A stretch of 64,000 nucleotides of DNA. Origin: Paramecium tetraurelia (Eukaryota). The stretch lies in assembly GCA_000165425.1 (NCBI GenBank), contig CT868318.1:523067-587066 (forward strand), given 5' to 3'. Of this stretch, positions 40,738-55,662 are shown piece after piece; the stretch's first letter is position 1; every line of letters begins with the position of its first letter. Below the pieces are notes generated by a model. The model searched no databases and was not told the origin of the DNA. It saw only the letters and a program-made list of their open reading frames with translations. A program made the position numbers and the translations under genes.

Positions 40738-41841
40738 TCATTTTTTCAATGCTTATTCGTTGTCTCTTAAAATTTAAAAGGCAGTCTTTAACGAATTCAA
40801 TTGTCCTTCTCTCTTACTAGCATTGGATCTGAAATTTGAATCATATAAATCTTTTTGAACTCTTGTCGTTTCTAATAATTATTAAGTATTTTCCTAATTC
40901 AAAGTCAACTGTTTATTTCTTCTCTATACAATATTCTATATGTCAATAAGTGATTTAAGCATACCAAATCATTTTATCTATTCTTCAAAGAGCTGCTAGT
41001 CTTCTGATTGTCCTATCCTAATTTCTCTCTTAAAATTGACACTTCATTAATTAATGAGTTAAAGTTTTGTTCTGCAGCTGTTTGATTTTCTTCTCTGAAT
41101 TGTTAACCATCCTTAATTGATGCAATTATTTATTCAATTAATTCAATAGCTTTTCTAGCTGTTACTTCATCAAATCTTAATTACCCAATACATTTACTTC
41201 ACAGATAAATCTAATAATAAGGCAAGAGGATGTTTATGTCCTAATTCTTGTTTTACTTATTTTATTATTTCTTATTTTTCAGTTTCTTCAAGGAATGAAC
41301 CTGAATTTGAAAGAACAGCCTTAACCAATTTATCATGAATTTCTTCTAGAGCTCCTAAAATCTTTTAAGCAGCAGTCTAATTAGTTTATACAGACTAGAT
41401 CTCCTTAGCTCTATTATCGCGGATTTACTCTTCTCTTTAATTTATTGCTTCTAATTGTTTCTTAATGGAAACACTAGTAGATGTAAGTGTTGAAATTGAT
41501 TATGTAATTTCTCCTATTTTTCGATTTGTTGTTTAAACTTCATTTTATAATGATGCTAAATTTGCCTCTAATTATTCTATGCTCTATTAAAATGCAGCCA
41601 TTCTTGAAGCATATTCCAAATTTGCAGAATTAATTTATCCAGTTAAATCATCGATCATTTTTTATAACAACTCAAAAACACGATCTAATTATCCGCCTGC
41701 CAAACTTAATTCCAACATATCAACTAATTGTGAATTATATTCGCTTTATTCTAATTTTTTTCTTAATTGCTAAAGAGCAGGACTTTCAGTAGCAATTGCC
41801 ATTGTTACTAATAACAACACTAATAGAGACTTGTGTGACAT
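40738..41841 (-). CDS. Trichocyst matrix protein-like secretory precursor
   Basis: Signal peptide MSHKSLLVLLLVTMAIA, LVDMLELSLAGGQLDRVFELLQKMIDDL, heptad helices with a basic linker. Confidence 0.75.
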
Positions 41842-41871
41842 TTAATCCGTTTTTATATTTATTATTAATAA

Positions 41872-43150
41872 TCATTATTGTGGTTTTCTTTAGGGAATCT
41901 ATGCAGGGGATTATTTTATATGTTATTAAGGCGAAGCATACTATGTTATATAATATAATTTCTTACTGATTCCTTTCTAATACATGGTGTTGGATGAATG
42001 GCTTCCAATGTTAATTCACCATTTTGTCTTAATAACAATGCTCTGTCTTATTCACTTAATTTTTAAAGTTTTGGATTAGCTTTCAAGTTTCCTTAAATTT
42101 ATTTAAATATCTCAATTAAATTATCTTTTTTATATTGAATAGTTGCCTTTCTTATTGGTGATCCCTAGATGTCTTTACTTCCTCTATTATTGAATATATT
42201 TTTATAAATACTTATGTTTAGCTGGTTAAATTTATTCTGAAGTTTTTCTTGAAGTTGACTTTTTTTCAACATACTAATAATTAAATAAATTAAAATACTG
42301 GACTCTATTGCACCTTTGGAGGCTTCTCGACATTTTTTACATTTTGCTCCTACTTTTCTAATGATTATTTTTCAACATAAATCTCTTTGGGTCCTGATGA
42401 TGGAGTCTTTGTTTTTTTATCTTAATGCTCGACTTACTCGCTTCCCTTTCGTTCTTAACCTGATTATTTTCTGGGATTTGGTTATTGCTATTGAACTGGA
42501 GGATAATATGGTTTGGCAGTCTTTTCTTATTATGTCTATGCTGCAACATCATCCGAAGCCTTTCTTATATATAAATTTTAGAACATTTAGTTATCTAAAT
42601 TACTAAGACACTATTACTGTATTGATATAAGTATTGTGCTTGATTGTTGAATCCCAAACTCTTTGTCAGTGATTGATACACATTTTCTGGTTCCACATAT
42701 GCCTTTAATGGATCTTTTGGATCATTCACTGCTTAATCTAAAAACTTCAAGCCAATTTCATCATCCTTAAATGTCACTCTACAACATCCGCCTTCAAATG
42801 ATATCTCACACTCAACGTTCTTCAGATATTTTTCAATCAGGTAAGCTTTGAAATCTGCATTTGTTTAGCTGATTTCATTTATTATAATATTCTTTGTGTG
42901 TGGAGGTATCAATAGAGTCACATATCCTTCATGCAATTTGCAATTTTTGCATTGCTTCAAAGCCTATCATAGATATATATTATCTTACTCCTAAAATTTC
43001 TTCTATGGAATGCTTTGCTAGCGAGTATTCTTTTTGAAGTGCCACTATTGGTAGATTCAAATTTGGGTCCAAGTTTTTTAGAAGGTATTTATTTTTCTCT
43101 AGGTGTTCTCTTGTGAACATGCCATCTAATTGTTTTATTAAATCAGTCAT
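41872..43150 (-). CDS. La-related (LARP4-like) RNA-binding protein
   Basis: LIKQLDGMFTREHLEKNKYLLKNLDPNLNLPI (La motif), then an RRM-like segment (CRVTFKDDE). Confidence 0.6.
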
Positions 43151-44180
43151 TAAAAATTTAATGAATAAATAAAATATAAAAAATACTACGTAATGGCCTT
43201 CTTAAACTTACACTTTAAGAATATAATATAAATTCAATCTTTAATCATTTTCTTATTTCTAAAAAAAAAAGAAACTTTTAAGAAAGACAAAAGATTGTTA
43301 AGAATTTATTATTAAATTAATATATTTTAATTAATAATTTATTTTATAAATCCTAGTGTCTATATAAAATATTAATATGCTTATCAAATTTCCCTTGTCA
43401 TGAAATTTTCTATTTGTTTATCTAAAATTGACAAAATATTTATGAATTTCATTTCTAAACAAACATTAGATTGGAAGTTTGATAATACAAACTTTATTTT
43501 AGTTTAAATTATGAAATTATCTATTCTATAGATGCAAAAGATAATTAAGAATAATCAATTAGAAATTGAAATCTAAAGGGAAAAATAAAAACTATATAGG
43601 CTTAAAAGAAGTCTCCAATTTATCATAATTTAGAAATAAAATTCTTTCAATTTATCAAATTTATATACTGTAAGAGATTATCAATGAAGATTTATAGATC
43701 TCAAACATAATATTTCCTAGTAGAAATTTTTGATTTTATTATTTGTTTAATGTATAAAACTAAATTATTAACTTATATCTTTTGTACTGTCTTTATTTTT
43801 AATGCATTCTATATTTAATCTAAAATTGGTATTAGATATGAAAGACAGTTAATGTCTTGATATAATCTAATTTTACAATTTACAACCTTTGATTATATAT
43901 TACCTTAAAACAAAATTACTAAGAAGGAGTTACTTATATAACAAAATAAAATAAAGGGTTCAAGCTATTTTGGATTGTTTTTAATTCCGATTTACCTAAA
44001 TAGATTAATTTTTAAATGCATTTCCTATTAACTGCAATCTCTTTAATAATTATGAGCAGATTACATAAGGTTATTATAATAAAGACCTTTAAATAAGCTT
44101 AAGATCATATATAAATTCCTTTGATAATAGAAAAAATGAGACTTCATTTATAATTTGTACTTATAATAATTATTAATAAA

Positions 44181-45991
44181 ATGTATAACTATAATGAATT
44201 AGATTAATTGGTCATTAAGGGGAGTACAAGATTTCAAGAAGTAAATTTTAATTAGCCGAGACTCTTTTAGCCAAAGCTGAATATTATCAAGTTAAAAGGA
44301 TTTCAATAATTAGTAGATTTAATTAAGCAATAAGAATCGTTTTCGAAACATAATTAGATTCCATAAATTAATACTTAGAAAAATCTGCCATCAATTTTGG
44401 CTTATCCTCCTAAAGCAGAATTAATTACTACTTCAAAAAAAGAAATATCAATAAGAAAATATAGTGAAACAAGAGTTTATGGCAGAAAAAGTTTTACTGA
44501 AACTGCTGAGCCTCATTCTCTTGAGCCAAGAAGAATCAATACAATAAGAAACAAATTCGCAATTAAAAAGGCTTTTCCAAATAAATAAGAAGAATAAAAC
44601 ATGTTTGAAAATCCTTCCGATTTTGCTACAATCCTAAGCTTCTCAAATTTATTAATGATAATTCCTTAAGAGAAGATAGTCTACAAGGCATTTATAACAA
44701 AAGGAAATAATGGATAACTTGTTAGACAATTAATAAAGTCTCGATCTTGGTGGATTTTACTTGATACACCTTAAACTGATGTGAATCTTTATTGGACATA
44801 ACTCAGAAAACAGGGATTTTATAAGGATCTGATAACCCTTACCGGAAATCAGTCGACATTCACAAAAGGCTAGAAAAAATAAGTTTATGATAAGTTAAAG
44901 CTGAAGTTGGATGAAGAAAAGTATACAAATTTCGTTTCGAGTAATATTTTAAGAGTACATAATCACTTAGAAGGCAATTTCTAGATCTCAAATAAGAAAG
45001 CATTATATTATAATATGAAATCCTATTATGAATCAATAGGACAAGATCCATTTCAGTTCATACCATTGACATTTCATATTTAAGATGGTATTAAGGATCC
45101 TGTGTATTAGTAATTTGAAGAATATGCAAGAAAGAACAATATAAATGTATGGATAATAAAACCAGGGGAATAATCGAACAGAGGTAATGGAATAGAGGTA
45201 GCCAACTCTATATCTTAAGTCAAAAGACTTGTGTCTTATAAGGAATTGCATTCAAATGGTGTAAAAAAGACTTTTATTGTCCAATAATATATAAATAAGC
45301 CATTATTATACAACAAAAGGAAGTTCGATATAAGATGTTTTATGTTGATAACCTGTATAAATCATCAATTCAAGGCTTACTGGTATTAGGAAGGGTATAT
45401 AAGAACGAGTTGCAAGGAGTTCAATTTGGATGACACAGACTGTAAATATACTCATTTGACTAATGATGCTGTTTAGAAGTACAGCAAAAACTATGGAAAA
45501 TACGAAACAGGAAATAAAGTAAATGATTAATTTAATTTAAGGTCTCTTTTAATGATTTTTCTAAGTATGTTTAGGAAATCTATAATTTAAATTTTAATAA
45601 CACGATAGAACAATTAAAGAGTTTATGCTCTGACATCGTCAAAGCTTCTTATTAACATCTAGATCCAAATCGCCATTTCTATACTTTTGAGTTATTTGGA
45701 CTGGATTTTATGATAGACAGTGATTTCAAACCTTGGCTCATTGAAGTGAATACAAATCCATGTCTTGAAACTTGTTGTCCTCTATTGTCTAGATTGATAA
45801 ATCATTTAGTCGAAAATACTATTAGAATTGCAATAGATCCAATGTATCCTGCTCCTACCAAGAAAAAACCACTGCCTGAATTCAAAAACAATTTTGAACT
45901 TATTTTCTATACTTCTCTCAAAGAATAATGTGGGAAACTACCAGAAATTTAATAAGATGATGACGATCTTGATGTAGATGATGATAATTGA
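44181..45991 (+). CDS. Tubulin-tyrosine-ligase-like (TTLL) enzyme, glycylase-like
   Basis: WIIKPGEQSNRGNGI, VQQYINKPLLYNKRKFDIR, HLTNDAVQK, FELFGLDFMID..PWLIEVNTNP. Confidence 0.92.
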
Positions 45992-46012
45992 ATTAATATA
46001 TATATTTATTTG

Positions 46013-47202
46013 TCATTCTAATTCCATACTCATTTTACTTAATTAATATTGTAATTATAGGTCTTGATTAACAATATCACTATCTGTTCTCAAATATAAA
46101 GATGCTTTCTTTGATAATGATTATTGATCTTATTGATCATCAAGTAGATCATGAAAAGGAAGTTAGACATCTTGAAATATATTGGATCCTTGTTGATTAA
46201 TATCTGTCGCATAGAGATGTTTCTGTTCTAGACTCATTTATTGTGCAAATTACAAGAAATCGCCATTAGAATTTAGAGAATCTATGCAATTTATAATATT
46301 TTCATATACCAGCTTTCCCAAGTCCATTATATGAGGTTTGCATATAATGGTTATGTTATTATAAGTTATTTATTGAGTTTTCTTGCTCAAACTAGCTCTG
46401 TATAGTATCTAGTTTTTTATCTTCCTTTTATATTTATTCTATTAAATAATCTTTTCCTGTGAAATCACACTTTGAGTATTGTTATTGAGGAGTAATCTCC
46501 TTACCATCCGAATCGGATTCCTTAGTTTAAATATTATAGTGCTTCTTTATATGAGAGTAAAATCGATTCTTAACCGAGTTTTCCTTTATTATTTGATGAA
46601 AAGATTACAGGTCTTCCTATTAAGTTCTTTGATATTTCACTCCATCTTGGACCCAAACTTATATACAATTTATAGATTTCCTCATCTTCCCTCTCATCAA
46701 ATGGATCATGATTAATAGTTTTATCTAACTTATTGATAAATCTTTCTCTTATCTATTTCCCACTTCTCCCAGTCATCTCGTTTTCAATTCTTTTCCAATT
46801 TTTTCCAAACTTTTAAATCAAACGTAACACCTGTCTATCTTCTTCTTCTGTCCATTGCTTTCTCATTTTAATCTTATAATAATCTCTATTATACTCTATT
46901 TGGATTTATTCTTTTCCATCTTTATGAACACTGCGATTAATTTCTTCCAGGTATTGCTTAGGCTACTTGTGTCCAATTTCCATTAAATTTTTCATAACAG
47001 TCTTACAACATCTGATCTTCTTCAGGTGTCCATATTTTTACAATTCTCTTCTTAATCATTGGTTCTGAGTCTGATGCATCCGAGTCATAGTAATCAGAAC
47101 TATATTTCCGAATGCTTTTTTTGGATATCTAGCTCTGTTAGCTATTGGCTCTATATTCACATTAAATATATATAAATACCTAGCTCTTGTGCTTTGACTC
47201 AT
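46013..47202 (-). CDS. Three-repeat (3R) Myb transcription factor
   Basis: WTPEED..GRNQSQCSQRW; WTEEED..GRSGKQIRERF; FDEREDE..GSKWSEI..GRPENQVKNRFY. Confidence 0.9.
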
Positions 47203-47361
47203 TTAAAATATAATATAAGTGAAAAATTAAAAATGTTATTTGATAAAAAAACTAATATTCAATAGAGGTTAAAAATTATTTATTAGTTATATGACTTTTT
47301 TAATTGTCATCAAACATTATATATTAATTCTTATAAATTACAATTTATTCAGATTAAATTG

Positions 47362-48246
47362 TCAAATGAATTTACTTTGAAAAAGATGTTTCCTGCTTTG
47401 AGTAATGGATTAAAGTGATGGTAGAGTTTTTTAAATAGGAGTAATATTTGCTTTAACTCTTGTAGTTATATGATACTGATTTACAAAATAATTTTTCTGT
47501 GTAGGAAGATATTACTTTAGTACAACTGGTTTGGGAGTTATTCTCTTTCTGAAATCTAGCTTTAGATCAACCAAGGGAGGTTCTACTAAAACTGGAGTTT
47601 GATTGTATTGAAACTGATTCTCCATTTGGGTTGACAAACTTGATATATGATATTTTTTGCTTTATAATTATTTTATTTTATGCATTCTAATTAAAGATTG
47701 CTGCTTGATTTAATTTCTTGTGTTGTATTTCATTATTCTCAATTCCGAATTGATTTGATGCTGGGGTCTTACTTAAAATGTATTCGACCGTTTCTCAAAC
47801 TCACTTTATTGGCCACAATTAGAACAAAGACAACTCTTCCTTCTGACTGTATTGATCACTCTTTGCACTCTTGCTTCAATTTATTAGTCCTCACCAAATA
47901 TTTGTCTACTGTACGACATTATCCTTTGAATTTTCCCTTATTTCAAGATATCTATTTTACTTAAAAGACTGATTGATCTCTAATCTCTTAAATAAATTAG
48001 TTGGTTTACCTTTGATCATTGAAATATGAATTTCTTTTGTGTGATGAGTGTTTTGGATATAAATTTGTTTCGGTTTCTTGAACATACCTAAGCTCATTAT
48101 AGAATTAGAGAAATCTATTGATATTTTTTCCTTCTCATAACCTGCAGGTTTTTTTTGTTTTAAAATCAAATCAAGCAGTGAATCCTTAATTCACAATTTT
48201 ATTGTACTTTTTAATATGAATCATCCTGAGAATTGCTTGAATCCAT
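47362..48246 (-). CDS. Hypothetical protein with RRKSCxCxxCG motif
   Basis: Open code-6 frame from ~47985 to TGA 47362; 5' exons ambiguous. Confidence 0.55.
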
Positions 48247-48459
48247 TAATTAATAAAATTTTCAATTTGTTATTTACATTTATATGAGTGATATATTTAA
48301 TTTTCTTACTGAGTCAGTTTTAAAAAAAAGATTTTAGATTTATTTATTGTTGTTTGCCCTTAGAAAGGTTCTTTAAGTTGAAATTAATAAAATGAAATAA
48401 GAATTATTAATTAATGATATAATTTATATAGGTTCTATTTATTATTGTATGGTATTATA

Positions 48460-49670
48460 TCATTTATTTTGGGTATCTAAATTTTTGTAGACATTGTTAA
48501 ATCTCCAATTATGATAATAATGAGCAGGAGAATAGTCCGAATAAACATGATTGGGATCCTTCTTAGAATAAATGATAGAAGGAACGAATTCCTTTCCGAC
48601 TTCAGTTCTGTCTTTGAGTAAAAGGTGAACACCATCATACATAGATAAGAATCTCAAATAAATATAATAAGTACTTAGTGAATCGACTTGCAAAAACAAA
48701 AGATTAATCTTTGAATTCATAAATCCAATGGTCTAAATAAATTTGAATTATTTACTTAAGGTATTATTATCTCCTTAAACTGAATGAACATCATGTCCAA
48801 AGCCTCTCACTTATGGACATACCTTTAACATTGGTAGAGTATTGGTTCCTAAGTGCACCCATCTTGAAAATTCAGGGAATGCAAAATGAGCTCTGCCTGT
48901 ATACAGACCAGCTTTGACTGGCCAGAAGGCAAGAGAGTCAGCCTTATTAAATTAAATATTGTCATTTAAGAATTTGAGAGCAAATTTCCAATCCCATTAT
49001 CCTGAAGGTAATTTAACAAGATTATCACTAAAAATAGATCTCCATTTAACACACTATATAGAAATAATTAAATAATTTAACCTCTATGTTTTCTTTGAGA
49101 AATGCCTCAATTTATGATTTGGTCATTTCTTTAGTATTAATTTCTGACAATTTCTTAATGAAGCCTCTGAATTCTGTAAATGCCTCATGATATCTTTAAT
49201 CCATAGGTGAGTAGTCAATACAAAAAACACCTGTTGTTCTTTCAGGATGATAAGATCCAGCAGCTAAAGCAACCTTTGCACCAAATCCATGTCCAGCCAA
49301 AGTTGCCATGGTGATTTTGTTATAATACATGTATCTAACAACATCATTGGCCAGATCTTCAACATCGAATGAGTAATGTTTATCTGATGTACCAAAATTT
49401 CTTGGACTCAAAATATGCACATTTCTATAATCAAGAATCTATCAAATTCACACACTTTTCTACCTTATTGGCTGGGTCACTGAAGAATGGGATCCAATTT
49501 TCAACAGGATCACAGGCTTCAGGGAAGAAGAGCATATTTGGTAAATCATTATATCTGCCTTTGAGAGTGACTCCTCTTAAGACTACATTCTAGGAAACAT
49601 TCTAGTGTTCACTAACTCCTTTGTGGAATTGGAGTGTACTGAATTTCCAAAGTTATCGAAATCTGTACAT
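48460..49670 (-). CDS. ATPTT3: Alpha/beta-hydrolase-fold mitochondrial protein, ciliate ATP synthase subunit ATPTT3-like
   Basis: PRNFGTSD..DDVVRYMY..AGHGFGAKVAL..IDYSPMDQRYHEAF..YDGVHLLLKDRTEVG..YSPAHYYHNWRF; matches Tetrahymena ATPTT3 as recalled; nucleophile Ser absent. Confidence 0.75.
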
Positions 49671-49694
49671 AGATATTTTAATTAATTAATTTAA

Positions 49695-50473
49695 TCATAT
49701 ACTATCATAGCCACCATGTCTAAATCTCTGAACCTGAGTTTACAACCTATCTACACCAAAATGAAAGATTGCTCTTGCCTAAGGAATAAGAGTTTTGATT
49801 AAATGAATATGAGGGATGGCTTCCTCTCCCTCTATTTGCAATTTCTTACGATTGTATAGGAATCGGCCCCCAAAATACAAACAAATAATAAAAATGAACT
49901 TAAGAAACCAATGTGAACCTACATTATTGATATGATATCGATACTTGCATTTCTGCAGCCAACATGATGACGAATTTTGAATTGATCTATGCATTCATTA
50001 TCTGGCAAGACTGTGAATGTGGCATCATCATCTCCACATTCAATAAAAAAATGAGCTTGTCTAGGTTGCATAACCCCAGTTGGTTATTTTGGATCCATAC
50101 ATAAGTCTCCCTAGGTGTACTTTACAACTATGCCTTTATTTATATCTCTTTAATCCAAATGTTCAAACGTTTAAGTTTCTACCAATCCAGCTACATCACA
50201 ATTCTCTGTTATTTATCCCATTACTGCCAATGCTTCAATAGCTCCCACCTATCTATCATGACATCTAATTGGTTTAAAATCACAGAAATTGAAAATGTAA
50301 ACCATACTAAACATCCCCATCCCACTTGTTTCGTCTTTCAATTGCCATCCTCCATCTTTATCTAAAGACTTCAAATTATAAGTGTATCCTGAATCATCTG
50401 TCCAAGTGCATAACTAAGATGAACCAACTCCCAACAAAAGTAACAGCATAATTAATGTCAAATTAGGACACAT
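49695..50473 (-). CDS. MRH-domain sorting receptor (ATG27/CD-MPR-like)
   Basis: Signal peptide, YTYNLKSL, YIFNFC, YTQGDLC, FFIEC, FIFKTRHAC, TM, GGRFLYNR..GEEAIP, terminal GGYDSI (YxxPhi). Confidence 0.8.
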
Positions 50474-50513
50474 ATGTTAATTTATTTTATTATATATATT
50501 ATTTATCAATATA

Positions 50514-53500
50514 TCAATAAGCTCTAATTGATTGTTATTGCATCTTAGCCTTTAAATCTTAGTTTTCACTTTCCAATTCTTGAATGTGTTTGTCAAAGTT
50601 ATCCAAATCATCATTCAATTATCCAATTATATCATCTTGTTCCTTCAATTTATTTTCAGCTACTTAGTACTTGTATTTCAAGGCTTCAATCTGAGTTGCT
50701 AACATAGCTATCTTACCCTCATTATCATACTAAAAACATTAACTTCTTTATTACCTTAATCTATTCCAATTATTCAATTTATTATTATAATTATCCAATC
50801 TTCTCCTTCAATTATTAGTTTTCATGATCTCTCTATTGCAATTCATTCTCTAATTGTTATTGATTTATCAATTGTTCATTTACTAAATTCAATTAGTTTT
50901 AAAGGTCGTTCACACTAAATGTAAAATAAAAATTACCTAGCCTTGGCTTAGTTCAATTCATCTGACTTGGCTGTCAAAGTTTAATGAAGAGTAGAGTTTT
51001 CTTTCTCTAAATTTTGCACCTTCTCTTCAGCCTAATTTAAGGCATTATCCAAACTTTAAAGTTCCTGTTATAAATGTTCATAATCTTATAACTTTTCTTC
51101 TAATTCCTTTATTGTGTTTTAAGCTCCATTGTATTTTAACTTAGCTCTCTCTATTTCAGGTCCAAGTAATGCAACTTTATTTTACAATCCATAAACTTCA
51201 TTATTCAATTTATTTATTTCATCATCCTTCTTCATTAAATCCAATTAATCTTGGTCTGCTTTCTTCTTCATTTCTGAAATTTATTCTGATAATCTTGTAT
51301 TTTCTGGATCCAATGGCTCAAGTTATGCAACAACATTTGATAACTATTTAAATACATATTTAATTATACATCTGTATTTTAATTAGTTAATTCATCTATT
51401 TTTTCTTATTTATTTTTATTTAAATGTTTTTATCTCTCAATTTCTGCAGCCAACATTGCTATTCTCATATCTAGATTCTCCTTTTCCTTTGTCACTTTAT
51501 CCAATTATAAAGTGGTCTTATCTAAATCTTCCTTTGTCAATCTCAAGTCTTAAGCTCTAAAATGGTTACAAATATTGATACTTTTCAGCATAATTTGTTT
51601 ACAATTTTTAATAGTCCTTTTCCATTACTTCATATGCCTCTATTTTTCCTTCTAGCTCTTTTACCTTAGTCTAAGCCTCTCCTAACTTTTTGGCTAATTG
51701 TTTGTTTTCACCTTACAATTTATTGACTAATTGTTATAAATCATTAACTTAAGTTTATAATGGTTCAATTTAAGCTACCAATTATTCTAATTCTGCAATT
51801 CTCTATTTCAAATCTGCTATTTAATGCTATAAATCTTCTTCCATTATTTACTTCTCCAAAGTTATTGCTTTCAATTATTTTGTTAATTTATTGAAATTAT
51901 CTGTTAATTCATCATTTATTAATCTCATCTAAATGGCTTCAGCTTTATAAACTTACAATGTCTTAACCTCATTATCTTTTTATAAATATTTAGCCTTCCA
52001 TTACTCTAATTCTTCCTTCAATTAGGTAATCTCGTTTTTCAAAGACTCATTTTCTTATCTTACTTGATTAAGTTTAGTATCCAAAGTAAGGTTGAAACCT
52101 ACTGCTTCTTTTAATTCCTATTCTAATATTCTGTCTTTAATTATTTTTCCTTCCAATTCCTTAATATACTTCTCTTGTTATTCAATTTTATTTTTCAATT
52201 GATCTAATTCCTTAGTAGCTTTCTTTAATTCATCAGCTGTCTTCTAATGCTATTATTATTCATTGAAAAATGCTTATTCCAATTTTGCAGATTAGAGTCT
52301 CTAATCATTCAATTATTAGACTACCAAAGAATAATTAGATTCCAATTATTATAAATTTGATTTTACTTGGAATAAGGTTCTGATTTATAATTCTTGTTAA
52401 CTCAATTACTCATTTTAAAGATTGATTTAGTCATTATAATCTAAGTTCTATTTTGCCAATTTGTCTACTTGATTTTGTAACCTATTAGCCTTTTATTCTA
52501 ATTAAGGAATCAATTCTTATAAGTGACTCAACTCATTAACCTTTTATTCTAAAGCCTTATTCTTCCTCTTAAGCTCTTCAATCTCTTTTATTAGGTTTTG
52601 TTTCTCTTATCTCAATCTCTCTACTTCATTCTTATAGATTTAGGATTATTGATCTGTTCTTAATAACTTCTTCTCTAAATCAGAAACTTGTTACATATAT
52701 GTTGGCAATTTGATATTGAGTTCAGTGATTTCTTTACTCTTTAATGTGTTTTCTGCTTTTAACTTTTCAATTATTGCCTCGTATTGTTTATTTTAATCCT
52801 CAAACAAATGTGTTTCTTGAATCTTAATTTATAATGATCTGATCTCACTTTGTAATTTGCTTATTTAATCTTAATAATTTGTATTTAAGTCAGCCAATTA
52901 ATTCTTTTAGATTGTAACATCATTCAATTTTCTTTCAAGACCCTTCAAATCAGCCAATTAGCGATCATTTTCTAAATACTTCTCCTTGTACTAATCAGCT
53001 AATTTCTAAAGAGCTTTGATTTCCTCTTATTTGCGGAGAATTTCTTCTCTCAATTCTTAAAGTTACAAATGATGATCATTTTTAAGAGTATTTATTTAGT
53101 CTTATAAGCTTTGAACAGTTTTCTTAAGATTGAGTAATTCAGATTCCAATTCTTTGATTCTGTCTTATAATTTTGCATTTAACACTATCTAGTTATCTAA
53201 TTCTTGTTGTTTGTTCTACAATTAATTATTGAGAGTATCAATTTACTATTCAGCTTTTGCCAATTTCAATCTCAAATCTTCAATTTACTAAGATTTTTAA
53301 TTTAAAAGAGTGTTATTTCTTTATAATTCAATATTAATTTAATTATCTCTTAAATTATTAACATTCTTCTATTATTGGATGTTCTATAATTATTATTATA
53401 TTTATTAATTTCTTGAACTTAAATCAGAATTAATTTTAAGTGTCTATTCATACTTTTATTGTAAAACTTTCAATTAGCTTTGTAATTCAGCTAACCCATC

Positions 53501-55428
53501 AACTTATGATTATAATTATTGATTTTCAGCCTCTAATTAAGCTAATTATAAATTAAGTTGATCATTCATTGATTTATATGTTTCACATTATTAGAAAATC
53601 TTTAAATACTCTGTCTCTTTAGATATCAATTCTTTCAATCTTTATTCCAATTCAAAGTTTTTAACAGTCAAATCTTTAATTTACTTTCTCAATTCAGCAA
53701 GGTCTCTATCCTTCATATCTAATTAAGACTTAGCTCTATTTAATTCTAATTCAATTATTCTCAATTATTATAATTTTTCTTATAAATTCTACAATTCCTT
53801 TTCAACATTAGCTAATTGTTCACTCTTTAATTTGAGTTCTTTGTCTAATGATGACAATTCTGATAACAAACTTTACTTTTCAATTTATAATTCATTTATT
53901 TCCAAGACTTATTATCTTAAAGTGTTATTATCGTTTTCAACAAACTTTAATTTATTATTTAGTTTATCATAAGCTTACTGTTTATTTTCAAGTGTTCTGT
54001 TCAATTGATCAATTTAATAATTCAAAACACCATTTTACTTTTGCAAATCTGTATTGTAACTTCTGATCTGTTCCAATTGCTTTTTCAACTTCTCATTCTC
54101 TAGCAGTTATTTGGCTTATTCATCATTTTTTCTTTTTAATTCATCAATGACTCTTTATTTCTCTTAAATTTGTTGTTTCAAGCCTTGTAATTCTTTAATA
54201 TGATCTTCAGCTTATTAGAGACTAATTTATTATTATTTATTACTTGGTCTTTAACCTTTCTATTTCTTATTGTTTTGATGCCAATTATTGATTCAATCTT
54301 TCGATTTCTTTTACCAATAACTTATTATTGTTATCTTAATCAGTTACTTGAACCTGGAGATCAAATACTTATAATTCTAAAGTCAAAGCCTTCTTTCTCC
54401 ATTAATCTAGATCATTTAATATTTAATTAATTTAATCTCTCAACTTCTTATTCTCATCTTCTAACAAATCCATAGTAGATAATTGACCTCTCTTAACAGA
54501 ATCCAAGTTCAATTGATTCATTCTTTCCAACAATTCTCTTAATTCCTATAATAATCTGTTTCTATCTTCCTCGGACAACTTGAATTTATCTTTCCACATA
54601 GCCAATTCATTTTCTAGATTCTTGATCTTGCTTTATAGTTCAAAGTTTTCAATTTCTTATTTTCTGGCATCTATCAAAAGTTCTTCCAATCCTTATAGTT
54701 TTCCTCTTAACTGAAAATTCAAATATATATTACCTCTAAGTTTTCATCTTGTTTTTTCTTGAGCAATTCTTGGAGTGCATCATGTTCATGTTAATTTAAT
54801 TCAAGTTAATAAATTTTATTATCTCTCTAAGCAATTGCTAAGTCTTTCTGTTCATTTTCATTGATAAGTTGTTTAATTAATGCTAACAACTTTCCGTTTT
54901 CATCTGACAGTATCTTTAATCTCATCTCATACATTCCAGTCTATAATGTTTATTTTCATTAAATACTAGTTCTTCCAATCCTGTGCCACCGCTTGTAATT
55001 TAAAGAGCAAAGAATCTTGCCTTCCATTACTCCACTTCTATTTACAGTTAACTAACCTTATCCAAGTCAGACCCATCTCCATCTTACTTAATGATAATGG
55101 CTAACAATTATCTCGATATTCATTACTTTATTGGGGTCTAACGAGTGTGGGCACTATCCTTGATGTTATCATTGGCTATATGGATCCGTTAGGCATTTAG
55201 AAATACTCCAACTGATTTACCACGGCTGATTGTGTCATGGCAACAGGAGGCTAATGGATTAAGATCATTGATTACTGAATTAATTACTCTTACACTCGAC
55301 CCTGCACTAGATCTCTTCATCTTGTCATTAGGAATGATGATGTGACTCTCAGAATTGACTCTCGATTGTTAATTTCCTTGTTAAGGTGATAAAAATCTGC
55401 CTCGATTTGGGGTTTATTATTCACTCAT
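50514..55428 (-). CDS. Giant coiled-coil cytoskeletal/cortical protein
   Basis: ~4.9 kb Q/E/K/L heptad frame with several short introns; recurring motifs RIAMLAAEIER, KVALLGPEIER, KIAMLATQIE. Confidence 0.8.
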
Positions 55429-55662
55429 TTAGATTAAATTAATATCTTTGCAATAATTTTTATATCAATATATATATATACATATATAAATAATTAATTA
55501 GTACTTTAGGTTGCTTCTTGATTGATTGCTCTATCAAATTCCTTTGTTGGGGATCATGTAAAATTTCTAATTAAACTCATTCATTAAATATAAGGATTTA
55601 TTTTATTTTCTAATATTTAAAGTCACTGAGACTTGTTAAATTTTATTTAGTAAATAAAAATT

